The notes under the pieces: generated by a model
What the model was told of the DNA's origin: nothing
Seen by the model: the letters and a program-made list of their open reading frames with translations, nothing else
The model's database searches: none
Origin: a virus
Reading direction: 5' to 3' (one strand)
Virus record (IMG/VR): IMGVR_UViG_3300043434_000833
Span: 7,708-71,707 of that record
Length of the DNA stretch: 64,000 nucleotides
Made by a program: the position numbers and the translations under genes
Part shown: positions 47,114 to 56,900 of the stretch, piece after piece
How positions within the stretch are numbered: position 1 is the stretch's first letter
Layout of the letters: every line of letters begins with the position of its first letter

Positions 47114-47886
47114 TGAAAGGGATTATATTTGCAGGTTGTTCATTTACTTGGGGACAGGGTTTGTATTTCTATTCAGATTTTCCAAACGTAGTTACACAAA
47201 CTGACGATAACTTTCATCCCGATAAATTAACGGAAGCACATATAAAATTTAAAGATTCTATTAGGTTCCCAAGATTAGTTGCAAATCATTTTAATACCAT
47301 TGAAATTGTAAGAAAACCAAATGGAGGTAATGATAGAATGTCGATGGATTTTATTAATACCATTCTTAATGAAGGTGGAAGTGATGGGAAATATCATATT
47401 GAAGAAATTGAATATATTATACTTCAAACTTCTCAAATTGTGAGAAATGGTTTTGAATTTATATATAACAACACAAAATATAATATCACGGATTCTCATT
47501 CCGATAAACCTTTTTCAAATTGGTTAATACAAGAGAATTTAACGTATGATGAATGGTTTTCAAGTTTTTGTCAACAAGTGTTTGATGATATCAAAAAATT
47601 CTTTATATTCTATGAAGAGAAGGGTATCAAAACAAGAATACTGAGTTGGCAGAATGATTTAGTACCATATATTCTAAAGGATGATTTTATGAATGAAAGA
47701 CACATTAAATTAAATTACTCTACGGAAAGATATAATTCAATAGACGACTTAGTAAATAATGTACAGAATATGTTGATTTCAAATGATTATTTTACATTCT
47801 CTAACCCAATAAACGATAGACACCCTTCTAAATTGTGTCATAAAACTATAGCAAATAGTATCATAACTAACATTAAAAAATTTTAA
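47113..47886 (+). CDS. SGNH-like protein, tandem paralogue
   Basis: FAGCSFTWGQG, NGGN, DRHPS...H. Confidence 0.7.
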   Translation: MKGIIFAGCSFTWGQGLYFYSDFPNVVTQTDDNFHPDKLTEAHIKFKDSIRFPRLVANHFNTIEIVRKPNGGNDRMSMDFINTILNEGGSDGKYHIEEIEYIILQTSQIVRNGFEFIYNNTKYNITDSHSDKPFSNWLIQENLTYDEWFSSFCQQVFDDIKKFFIFYEEKGIKTRILSWQNDLVPYILKDDFMNERHIKLNYSTERYNSIDDLVNNVQNMLISNDYFTFSNPINDRHPSKLCHKTIANSIITNIKKF

Positions 47887-47887
47887 G

Positions 47888-48436
47888 ATGAGTTCACCTC
47901 AATACACCCCATACAAGGACGCACTAACCAATTCGATGACTTACTTAGGTCAACAACCAAACACCGTTTTTATAGGTCAACAAGTCCTTTGGCACGGTAA
48001 CCCAATGAGTACTACTATTGGTGACGTACCTAAAGAAAAATTAATCGAACTTCCTGTTATGGAAGAGTCACAAATGGGTTTATCATTAGGTATGGCTATG
48101 GCTGGTGATTTTGTTGTGACATTCTATCCTCGATGGGATTTTATTGTTTGTGCAACCAATCAATTAGTTAACCACGTAGATAAAATCGGATTAATGAGTC
48201 AAGGTAAATGGAACCCTAATATGATTATTCGTTTAGGTAAGGGGTCGGATAAACCATTGGACCCTGGTCACCAGCATAGAGGTGATTATTTTAGTGAATT
48301 TGAATCGATGTGTAGAAATATTACATTTCACGATTTAGGTAAATGGAATAATATTGAAAAAATATATAAAGATGCATATACTAAAGGTGGTATTCACGTC
48401 ATAGTTGAATATCCTGAGTTATATTACGAAGCATAA
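47888..48436 (+). CDS. TPP-dependent enzyme, E1-beta/transketolase pyrimidine-binding domain only
   Basis: IELPVMEE..MG...GMAMAG, QLVNH, GHQH. Confidence 0.85.
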   Translation: MSSPQYTPYKDALTNSMTYLGQQPNTVFIGQQVLWHGNPMSTTIGDVPKEKLIELPVMEESQMGLSLGMAMAGDFVVTFYPRWDFIVCATNQLVNHVDKIGLMSQGKWNPNMIIRLGKGSDKPLDPGHQHRGDYFSEFESMCRNITFHDLGKWNNIEKIYKDAYTKGGIHVIVEYPELYYEA

Positions 48437-48461
48437 AAAAAGGGACTTAATGTCCCTTTTT
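48435..48461. terminator. Bidirectional intrinsic terminator
   Basis: AAAAAGGGAC-ttaat-GTCCCTTTTT between convergent genes. Confidence 0.85.
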
Positions 48462-48463
48462 AT

Positions 48464-48889
48464 TTACCCTTCTTGTTCTTTACTTGGCCAACTAACTTCC
48501 CAATCTTTGAAGTCGGCAGCGATACAGTCAATTTTATAATCTTTTCTTCCACCAACAACCTCTTGTATTTTATTTTTCGCAGTATTTCTAATACCATTTA
48601 ATCCGTGTGTTAAGGCCAACATATTTGGACCTTCTTTTCCACTTCTTACATTGGATTCATTGTGCCAAATATGTAAGTTCATCTGAGCACATACAATAAC
48701 GGCTCTCAACATTTCTCCAGTAATGACAACATCTTTTTCACTTAAGATAAGTTGGATGTCGTGAGTGATATCTGCAATTTCTTTAGCATACTCTTCTTTA
48801 TGTTCTGTTATGAACACTTCTTTTAATTGTACAATTGATAATCTATCAATTAACTCTGATAACGTTGGTAAAAATCTTCTTTGTTCCAT
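48464..48889 (-). CDS. Hypothetical helical protein (DUF6165-like start)
   Basis: TLSELIDRLSI.QLK...N..IW..E...N..R...K..I. Confidence 0.55.
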   Translation of the reverse strand: MEQRRFLPTLSELIDRLSIVQLKEVFITEHKEEYAKEIADITHDIQLILSEKDVVITGEMLRAVIVCAQMNLHIWHNESNVRSGKEGPNMLALTHGLNGIRNTAKNKIQEVVGGRKDYKIDCIAADFKDWEVSWPSKEQEG

Positions 48890-49857
48890 TATATTAATTT
48901 ATTTTCTTTTTTTATTTCTGATAAATAATCATTTTTTATTATAAAATCATACATAGTTTTTGCTATCTCACTATGTCCTTTTATTGATGGGTGTGCACAA
49001 GGTGTAATAAAACCACCTTTTGACATTTTCTTGGACGAATACGCATAATCGTAGTACTTTGCTGATGATTCAACCCCTATTAAATCGTCTCTATTTTCCA
49101 AATGACATAACATATCCGCAACACAAGGATAACCACCAGGTTTAAGATAATTATCCCAATTAACCATAGTCATCAATGCCGATAAATAATGAATATTACC
49201 ATAAAGATAATTTTTTGGGTCGTCTTTACTACCTTGTATTTTTTTGTAGAAGCTTTCGTTATTATAATCGGTCGAAAACGCACTTGTTAAGATTAACTTA
49301 GCACCATTTGCTTTACACCAAGTTTGAGCGTCTGTGATGTTTAACAATAGTTCAATTACTGCGGATCTATCTGAATAAACGTGATTTAAATATTCTTTCC
49401 ATAAACCTTTTTCTTTACCTTCATATGAATCACTCGGCCACATTGTTTTAAAATGTACGTGTTGGTTTAGTTCCTTATGTACAAAATCAAATCTCTCCAT
49501 ACCGGTTAACATAAAAATCACTATTTTTTCTTTAGTGGTTTCCATTTTTAATTCTGGATGTAAATAAAGTTCTTTAACCGCAGCACGATTACCTCTACCT
49601 GTCATACCTAAATTAATTGGTGTGTAATCGGTTAAATGATTTTTACATAATTGGTTCACCCAAGAATTCTCATAAAAAATGTCAAACATTTCTTTTTCAT
49701 CTTTCTCGGGAACGTTATTCAAGTCCCAATTATATTTTTCCCATACCTCTTCTGAACAAGACCCCTGTCCTTGTGTAAAACTATCACCAATCCCAATTAT
49801 AAATTTTGATTCGGATGTTATTTTTCTAACAATATCGTATTTGTGATAATCAATCAT
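48889..49857 (-). CDS. SGNH/GDSL-like protein
   Basis: IGDSFTQGQG, NLGMTGRGN, HPSIKGH. Confidence 0.75.
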   Translation of the reverse strand: MIDYHKYDIVRKITSESKFIIGIGDSFTQGQGSCSEEVWEKYNWDLNNVPEKDEKEMFDIFYENSWVNQLCKNHLTDYTPINLGMTGRGNRAAVKELYLHPELKMETTKEKIVIFMLTGMERFDFVHKELNQHVHFKTMWPSDSYEGKEKGLWKEYLNHVYSDRSAVIELLLNITDAQTWCKANGAKLILTSAFSTDYNNESFYKKIQGSKDDPKNYLYGNIHYLSALMTMVNWDNYLKPGGYPCVADMLCHLENRDDLIGVESSAKYYDYAYSSKKMSKGGFITPCAHPSIKGHSEIAKTMYDFIIKNDYLSEIKKENKLI

Positions 49858-51140
49858 TAAATTAATTTTTTAATTTCATTACCATTAACATAAGTTTTTA
49901 AATTCAAATACGCATCAGGGAATTTAAATAATTTACTAATTAATGTTTCTTGATTAAATTTAATATCTTCTTCCATTGATTTAAACCAATCAAGTTTATT
50001 TTTGATATCGTCAACTTTTTTAATTGACTCAGTAATGTATTGTAATCGTTGGTGTGTTGGTAATGAATCGTAAGTTTGGTCGATGAAATTATCAAATGTT
50101 TTATAACCAATTTTACGCATCATTCTCATACTATCTTTATTACCCATAATAATAAACGGATGATTACAAGCAATTACTTTAAATGTTTTTTCACTTAAAA
50201 ACATTGTTTCATCACTATCACCACAATGCGCCTCACTAATAACCGTCATAAATGTATCCAAACATATCTGGTCATTAAAACGTCTTATGTAGAAATTATC
50301 GTCAAATTCATCATTACGTTTTTCGTGTACTAATAATGGTAACCCGACAGATATTTCATCTATACGTTCATTATTAATCGACTCCCCTTCAAAATAATAA
50401 CCGTGTTTATCAAAGGCGTTCATACTAACCAATCCTTTATCTAACACACCTGATTGATGTAAGTAATTATAAAACCAAACTCTTTGTAATCTTATTCTTT
50501 TATTAAGACAAGCATACGTTTTAATACTACCTAAATTAGATTCTTTATATTTTATGTGGTCGTCAAAAGTTGGTGGAGGGTCGCCTTTTTTAATTTTATC
50601 ATAACAAACCATACCCATATCCAATTCAAAATGTGCATATGGTATTACCTTCATTCTTTCACTTATATTGTTTTGGTTAGACCATATGTCGTACGTTTCA
50701 TCACATATCATATTACCTGTCACATAAATTAATCTTGTTGGTGATATATTGAATTCAACACATTTTTCGTGTAGATATCCCCATAACCAAGGTGTTTGAT
50801 ACCCTTCTAAACTTTGGTCTAACATTAAATAAGCTCTTTCATTTCTTAAGTCATTTAAATATTTTTCATTCAAATAATTAAAGAAACACTTATCCACTTT
50901 TCCATAACCGGTCCAATCATCAGGACTGTGATTTACTGAGGATGGTATAATATACTCGCCGTCAAAATTTTCATCTACCGAATAGTAATTCATTTCACCG
51001 TTCACACCATTTAATGAACAATATATACTAACTGCAGTTAATAGTGGTGATATACCATATATCAATTGTCCTGACGTATTTATGTCAGGACAAGATGTAA
51101 AATTTCTTAATGCCTCTTTATCTTCAAAAACAAAATTCAT
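49857..51140 (-). CDS. Putative GT10-like glycosyltransferase
   Basis: LNKRIRLQR, TVISEA, LSEKTFK, HPFII.G, GYKTFD..IDQTYD. Confidence 0.55.
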   Translation of the reverse strand: MNFVFEDKEALRNFTSCPDINTSGQLIYGISPLLTAVSIYCSLNGVNGEMNYYSVDENFDGEYIIPSSVNHSPDDWTGYGKVDKCFFNYLNEKYLNDLRNERAYLMLDQSLEGYQTPWLWGYLHEKCVEFNISPTRLIYVTGNMICDETYDIWSNQNNISERMKVIPYAHFELDMGMVCYDKIKKGDPPPTFDDHIKYKESNLGSIKTYACLNKRIRLQRVWFYNYLHQSGVLDKGLVSMNAFDKHGYYFEGESINNERIDEISVGLPLLVHEKRNDEFDDNFYIRRFNDQICLDTFMTVISEAHCGDSDETMFLSEKTFKVIACNHPFIIMGNKDSMRMMRKIGYKTFDNFIDQTYDSLPTHQRLQYITESIKKVDDIKNKLDWFKSMEEDIKFNQETLISKLFKFPDAYLNLKTYVNGNEIKKLI

Positions 51141-52597
51141 TATTCTGTTGGTTTATTATAGTTATCAACATCCGATTCGTATATACCAGCTTCGTAATGT
51201 GTTATTCTACCATCGGTAACTTTTCTGTCAGGTATTGATTGGTCAACAACAAGTGAGTCGTACCAATCGGCAATTTCAGGGAAAGTCTCTTGGAAATTCT
51301 TATTTCTACGAATATCGTATTGGGTGTAAAAACTTTTGAAATCGTGGAATTGCATTTCCATATCCAACTCAGTAGTATTATGACCTCTATTAACAACTTC
51401 AATGTAATCGATTAATCTTTCAATTTGAGCACCTTCGTGCATATTAATTAATGGATTCTTTTTATGTTTTCTCCACCACATTGATAACTTACCGTGTAAT
51501 TCATATTTAATATCGTCAGGTAAAGTTAGTGGGGACATAAATGAAGGCCATCTTAAAATATTGAAATCAACAATTGGTTTATGAGTACCGTATTGTTTCT
51601 TTAATTTCAACATATCATCTAAGAATTCAGTGATACTAAACAAACATAAACTATTGATTGTCATCATAATAACAACTTGTCTGATATTTGCGTTTTCAAT
51701 TACTTTAACCAAATTTTCTCTCCATAAATCGTAATTTAAACCATCGCGAATATATTCGGCTTGTTCACCATAAGCCTCACAACTTGTATATATATCAAAT
51801 TCTTTAACATCAATTTCGTGCGTGATGTTAACAAGTTTATCTAACGTTGCTTGATTTAAACCTAAATTAGAATTAATCGCAAGTCTTAAATTTGGTGATG
51901 GATGTTTTTTCATTGTTTCCATAAAAGCCCAAAAATTATGACTTTGTGAAGGTTCTCCTCCTGTGATTCTAATCTCTTCTAATGTTTGAGATAATTCAGG
52001 CCACCACTCAAGAAACGCATTTACATAAGGGTTATCTCCGGCGTATTTTCCATACATTTCAGACCAAGAACCATCAGCATAATATGCACCTGCACTCGAT
52101 GTTTTAAATTTTTGATATGCTCCGTTGTTCTTTATATCTTTACCCCAAGCTGTACTATAACCTGAATTACAATAACTACAAGCAAATTGACATATACGGT
52201 CAAAACTTACTTCTACAGTTTTCAAAGGAATATCTTGATCCCAAGGAATGTGTTTAAGTGCTTCAATATCCTCTTCCTTATAAATTTGACTTTTATATAC
52301 ACGGTCAGAAATGTTATTTCTACCGATGTCTTCAATTTTCCAACAGTAAGAACATTCAGCAGGTTTAACACCTGTTAACATCATACGACGCATTTCTTTT
52401 TTATGTTTCGTATTATGTAATGCCGATGGATTTGTTTTAATCTCCTCTAAATCAATAGGATGTGGTAATGGTAAATGACAAGAATTAGTAAATCCGTGTC
52501 CAAGGTGGAGACTTGCGTTGTACCATTTCGCAGCACAAAAACTACAACTTATTGAGTTTAGGTTTTTATCTCTCCAATTACTTAATTGTTCTGACAT
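51140..52597 (-). CDS. Radical SAM protein with N-terminal Cys-rich (twitch-like) domain
   Basis: CAAKW...SCH...ECSYCW; CQFACSYC; ITGGEP. Confidence 0.9.
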   Translation of the reverse strand: MSEQLSNWRDKNLNSISCSFCAAKWYNASLHLGHGFTNSCHLPLPHPIDLEEIKTNPSALHNTKHKKEMRRMMLTGVKPAECSYCWKIEDIGRNNISDRVYKSQIYKEEDIEALKHIPWDQDIPLKTVEVSFDRICQFACSYCNSGYSTAWGKDIKNNGAYQKFKTSSAGAYYADGSWSEMYGKYAGDNPYVNAFLEWWPELSQTLEEIRITGGEPSQSHNFWAFMETMKKHPSPNLRLAINSNLGLNQATLDKLVNITHEIDVKEFDIYTSCEAYGEQAEYIRDGLNYDLWRENLVKVIENANIRQVVIMMTINSLCLFSITEFLDDMLKLKKQYGTHKPIVDFNILRWPSFMSPLTLPDDIKYELHGKLSMWWRKHKKNPLINMHEGAQIERLIDYIEVVNRGHNTTELDMEMQFHDFKSFYTQYDIRRNKNFQETFPEIADWYDSLVVDQSIPDRKVTDGRITHYEAGIYESDVDNYNKPTE

Positions 52598-52643
52598 ATT
52601 TGTCTTTTTTGTTAATATAAACTTTTTTATTGGTATTTTAAAA

Positions 52644-53387
52644 CTATTTTACAAATTCACTCGGTACTTTTTCCAAGAAATTTGTATTTTTTGATTCATC
52701 GTAGATGATACCTAAATTATTGATAGTTTTGAAATCGTAATAACATAAAATGTCGTCATAAAAATTTCTTATTAATAAATTGTGTATCTCTGAGTGATAT
52801 AGTTCACTACCTTTTTCAATATTAGATTCTCTTGTTAATATTGAAAAGTGGTTAATGTCAATTTCACCATAATATCTGTGTCTTTCAGAATCACAATCGG
52901 GGCTTGAACATCCTAAAAATAGACTAGTATCCTTATAATCATCTACTAAATTGTTATCGAACATTATCTCATTGTCATATTCGAAATTTTTGTAACTAAA
53001 AAATTCATTACCCTTTCTCACGATTGAAATTGTTACTCCTGATTCGATTTCTTTTAATGAAACAGTTTTTAGTAATAAATTATTGTAAACATCTTCTTTA
53101 TTCTTATCACCCTTAGTCCAAAATTCAAAACATAACTGATTGGTTTCATTATTAAATGATAAACCTAAATTCTTACCAGGTTTACCGAACACCATCGATA
53201 TATCATCTTTCTTGTAATGTTTCTTTATTTTAAAATTACAAGTGATTATGTAATTCTCTTTATGTAAGAAATAATTAAATGCACGATTCTCTGATTTATC
53301 AAAATCTGTTACGTATTGATTATCGTGATGTTCATCAATATCCCATTGGAACTTTACCCAATATGGTTCTTTATACTTTATTCTCAT
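52644..53387 (-). CDS. LamG/concanavalin-like beta-sandwich protein
   Basis: Clear paralogue of N-terminal domain of 53371-55470 (GKPGKNLGLSF vs GIPGKNFGISY, FEFWTK vs FEYWTK, LFLGC vs IYIGC). Confidence 0.55.
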   Translation of the reverse strand: MRIKYKEPYWVKFQWDIDEHHDNQYVTDFDKSENRAFNYFLHKENYIITCNFKIKKHYKKDDISMVFGKPGKNLGLSFNNETNQLCFEFWTKGDKNKEDVYNNLLLKTVSLKEIESGVTISIVRKGNEFFSYKNFEYDNEIMFDNNLVDDYKDTSLFLGCSSPDCDSERHRYYGEIDINHFSILTRESNIEKGSELYHSEIHNLLIRNFYDDILCYYDFKTINNLGIIYDESKNTNFLEKVPSEFVK

Positions 53388-55470
53388 TTGTTATGCTTTT
53401 TATAAATTCAATTAATTCAGGATAATATTGTTCACAAACCATTCCACGTCTCAATTCATATTGTCTAATAAATTTGACAAAATCTTGTCTATCAGTCTCA
53501 AACAATTTAGGGTCCGTCTCATAATCGGCAACAAACATATCTCTTAGTCTTGTTATTTTTTCAATCTCTTGTGTTGAAAACCCAACGTCACCAATTTCTT
53601 GTGTCTTATGGAAATTTAAACTTCTAAACGTTGAGTTGAATTTCATAAACTTAATCCATCTATCAAAATACTCCACATCAATGTAATCTTTTAAAATTCT
53701 GAAACTCATAAACGGTGGATGTCTTAGATATGATGTATCTAATATAATGGCCGAATTCCAATATCTCTTAGTGTTAAAGTGTTTTAATTTTAGTTTATGA
53801 ATCTTCCTAATTAATTGTTCATATGAGAATACACTAAACACGTTGAATGTAGACATCACCACAATTGTTACCTTAGGTAAAAGTGTTAGAATTTTATCTA
53901 TGTTTTGGAATGTTTTATCGAAGTTCATACCGTAACGAGTATATTCAGCCTGAGCACCAAATCCCTCACAAGAGGTAAAGATAATCAACTCACGTACTCT
54001 TTCTTCTTTAATTATCTTATCTAATTTTGTAATTAACTTATCAACTAAATCATCACTAATACCTAAATTACTGTTAATAGATAATTTTAAATTCTTATTA
54101 GGTGTTTCACTTTCAAGAATATAATCCAATACTTTCCAAGTGTCTTTGGATAACAATGGTTCACCTCCGGTAATTCTAAATGTATCTAAACTATCATATA
54201 ATTCGGGAAACCATTCCCAAAATGCATTTACATATGGGTTGTCCTCTGAATGTTTATATGGTTTAGTATTTCTTTCGACCATTCTATCCACACTATTGTA
54301 TTGGAATGATAAATCGTAAGCTCCGAACTCATTTATTTCTTCCATCCATTTAGATGAATATTCAGGTCCACAATACGCACACTTAAAGTTACAAGTGTTT
54401 GAGAAACTTACCTCAGCATACTTTGGATTATAATCTGATCTCCAATCTGATTTAACTATTTCATCATAGAATGGTTCCGACCAAGGTTCTGATGATTTAT
54501 AAACTCTATCGGAGAATGAATTTGAATTATCCTCTACGTTCCAACAGTATTGACATTCAGAGGGTCTTTCATCATTCAACATCTCTTTTCTCGCTTGTTT
54601 CTTAATCTTACTATTGTGGAGTGCAGTTGGATTTCTACTAATTTCCTCTAACCCAATTTTGTGTGGTTCAGGGTGGTGACAACTGTGGGTTGTACCGTTA
54701 TGTAAGTGCATTGTTACTTGTGTCCACTTAGCCAAACAAAAACCTTTACCGACAACATCTAATTTATCTTTAATTAATTCAAAACCAACTGTCGACATTT
54801 TGTTTTTCTTTTTCAAAAATGTCAAAGGTTTTACCTCATCAAAAATTAAAAAGTCTTCTCCAGTTGAATTTAAATTATAAAAACAATATAAATTATCATA
54901 ATCAATTGTACCCGAAATAGGTGTTTCATTTGTCACTAAACTCTCCAATTGTCTAATCGGTAATGCCTTATTGAACACACTAAAATGATAAACATCCATT
55001 TCAGTGATGCATCTGTGTTTAACATTCATACTGTCCATATTATGACACCCGATATAAATGGGTTCATTGATATAATCATCAATCAACGGATTTGAGTCTT
55101 CAATTGTGTCAAACAATTTAAAATCCTTAAATAAGGAATAGGTTGTACCATCATAAGTCAATGTAAATGTTAAACCTTTACTTAATGTTTTTTCATTAAT
55201 ACAATCATATAAATGATATTTAAATTTACCTTCAGTATCTTCATCTTTTGTCCAATATTCGAAAACAAATGAATCAACTTCATAGTCATAACTAATACCA
55301 AAATTTTTACCTGGTATTCCAAAGATTCCAATCTTATTATCTTTGTTATATGACTTTTCTACTTTAAATGTAATATTAATAGAATAACCATCACCTCTTG
55401 TGATGATGTTAGTTTGTTCTTCAGTTAATTTTGGTTTTAAAAACCACGGTTTTTGGTATTCTATTTTCAT
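53371..55470 (-). CDS. LamG-like domain fused to twitch-type radical SAM
   Basis: CLAKW...SCHH...ECQYCW; CNFKCAYC; ITGGEP. Confidence 0.88.
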   Translation of the reverse strand: MKIEYQKPWFLKPKLTEEQTNIITRGDGYSINITFKVEKSYNKDNKIGIFGIPGKNFGISYDYEVDSFVFEYWTKDEDTEGKFKYHLYDCINEKTLSKGLTFTLTYDGTTYSLFKDFKLFDTIEDSNPLIDDYINEPIYIGCHNMDSMNVKHRCITEMDVYHFSVFNKALPIRQLESLVTNETPISGTIDYDNLYCFYNLNSTGEDFLIFDEVKPLTFLKKKNKMSTVGFELIKDKLDVVGKGFCLAKWTQVTMHLHNGTTHSCHHPEPHKIGLEEISRNPTALHNSKIKKQARKEMLNDERPSECQYCWNVEDNSNSFSDRVYKSSEPWSEPFYDEIVKSDWRSDYNPKYAEVSFSNTCNFKCAYCGPEYSSKWMEEINEFGAYDLSFQYNSVDRMVERNTKPYKHSEDNPYVNAFWEWFPELYDSLDTFRITGGEPLLSKDTWKVLDYILESETPNKNLKLSINSNLGISDDLVDKLITKLDKIIKEERVRELIIFTSCEGFGAQAEYTRYGMNFDKTFQNIDKILTLLPKVTIVVMSTFNVFSVFSYEQLIRKIHKLKLKHFNTKRYWNSAIILDTSYLRHPPFMSFRILKDYIDVEYFDRWIKFMKFNSTFRSLNFHKTQEIGDVGFSTQEIEKITRLRDMFVADYETDPKLFETDRQDFVKFIRQYELRRGMVCEQYYPELIEFIKSITNENKV

Positions 55471-56900
55471 TTCATTCTTACATTTACAAATTTAGTATTA
55501 GGGTATAACGTGTCATCCACATTATCCACTTCCAACACTTCTAATATTTTATTAAGTCCGTCTTCTTTATAGTTAATTTTTCCCTGTTGCATTTCAGTTA
55601 CGAATCGTTTTTCGTTTCTCGCTGTTGTCTCACCCTTCTTCCACGTACCGTCAACAAACCCCTCATCTTCGTGATGCATACATAAGAAATTACCTTCCTT
55701 TCTAATCGGGATAACATTTTCAATTACTTCAATGTTTTCTTGTGCTATCTCGGTGTTTAAATTTTCACAAATGATGTTGTTAATCTTATCTAAATAACCA
55801 TTCTCAAAATCCATATGTAAAATTAAATCTTCAGTATTTTCAAACACAGACTCAACATCGGTAAAGTGTTTATTAAAAATTTTAATTTCGGATATTTGTC
55901 CTTTATAGTATGTTTGTTGATTACTACAAAATCCAAGTATAAATGGATTAGTATTATCGTGTTTCTTTAAACTTTCACCAATTGTGAATGGTATGTTTTC
56001 TTTAATGTTATTCATATTGGTGACTAACTCATCATTAACAAAGAAATACATTTCTTTTGTTTTTTTATTAAACGATACTGTTACCCAAGTCCATTCACCC
56101 TCAAATTTTTTAGCCCAATTGTTGTGATAGTTATCTTTCTTATCAAATACAGTCATATTAACCGTTCTTGAATTATTAAATGACAAACCCCACGTCCAAG
56201 ATTCGTGTTTTCTTAGAATTGGATACTCTATGAATTTTTTTTCTTTATCGCCAACTAACCATATTGGTACCTTTTCTTGTTGTTGTTCCGCCTTAAATAA
56301 AACTGATATAGTATGATTATCTGATAATGATTTACTGATAACTTCATTGGTTGGGATAACTACTAATGCGTTTTCTCCGTTAAAATTTACCACCGATTTA
56401 TTCTCATATGATTTATAAATTCTACCGGTTGTGTGGTTTTCAAAATAACATCTCCAAAATAAATCATCGTCTTCCTGACCCCAATCCCAATAATCATTCG
56501 AATACCCATTTGTTTGATAAGCTTGTTCTTTTGTAAATAAAACCACACCTCCAAAGTATTGGTCATACCCTAATCCATAATTGTATTTCGATAATTTGGT
56601 TGCAATGTGTATTGGATGATTTTCAGGATATGAATAGTCACAAATTAAACCATCCTTATCTTCCGCCAACATATCGACGTCGTGCCAAGCAATATAATCG
56701 CAACCATCTTCAAATGCATAATGTGCTGCAATGTTTTTCATCGCTCCACGATTAAATAATTTTTCATCTACTTGATGACCTACGTAAAATTTATGGTCTA
56801 TTCCTTTCTCAGTCAAATATTTTGTGAGGTGTGGAATTAGACGTTCAACGTGTTCTTTTCTATTTCTATACGGTATACATATACCTAATTTATGACTCAT
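55467..56900 (-). CDS. GT7 (beta-1,4-galactosyltransferase-like) with inserted LamG-like domain
   Basis: PYRNR, FNRG, HDVD, YFGGV, NGYSN.YW.WGQEDDD; insert; DGLN C-terminus. Confidence 0.88.
   Translation of the reverse strand: MSHKLGICIPYRNRKEHVERLIPHLTKYLTEKGIDHKFYVGHQVDEKLFNRGAMKNIAAHYAFEDGCDYIAWHDVDMLAEDKDGLICDYSYPENHPIHIATKLSKYNYGLGYDQYFGGVVLFTKEQAYQTNGYSNDYWDWGQEDDDLFWRCYFENHTTGRIYKSYENKSVVNFNGENALVVIPTNEVISKSLSDNHTISVLFKAEQQQEKVPIWLVGDKEKKFIEYPILRKHESWTWGLSFNNSRTVNMTVFDKKDNYHNNWAKKFEGEWTWVTVSFNKKTKEMYFFVNDELVTNMNNIKENIPFTIGESLKKHDNTNPFILGFCSNQQTYYKGQISEIKIFNKHFTDVESVFENTEDLILHMDFENGYLDKINNIICENLNTEIAQENIEVIENVIPIRKEGNFLCMHHEDEGFVDGTWKKGETTARNEKRFVTEMQQGKINYKEDGLNKILEVLEVDNVDDTLYPNTKFVNVRMK

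Noticed and set aside
41773-48436. Pyruvate dehydrogenase as auxiliary metabolic gene
   Set aside because: Both subunits truncated, no E2/E3, context is nucleotide-sugar synthesis
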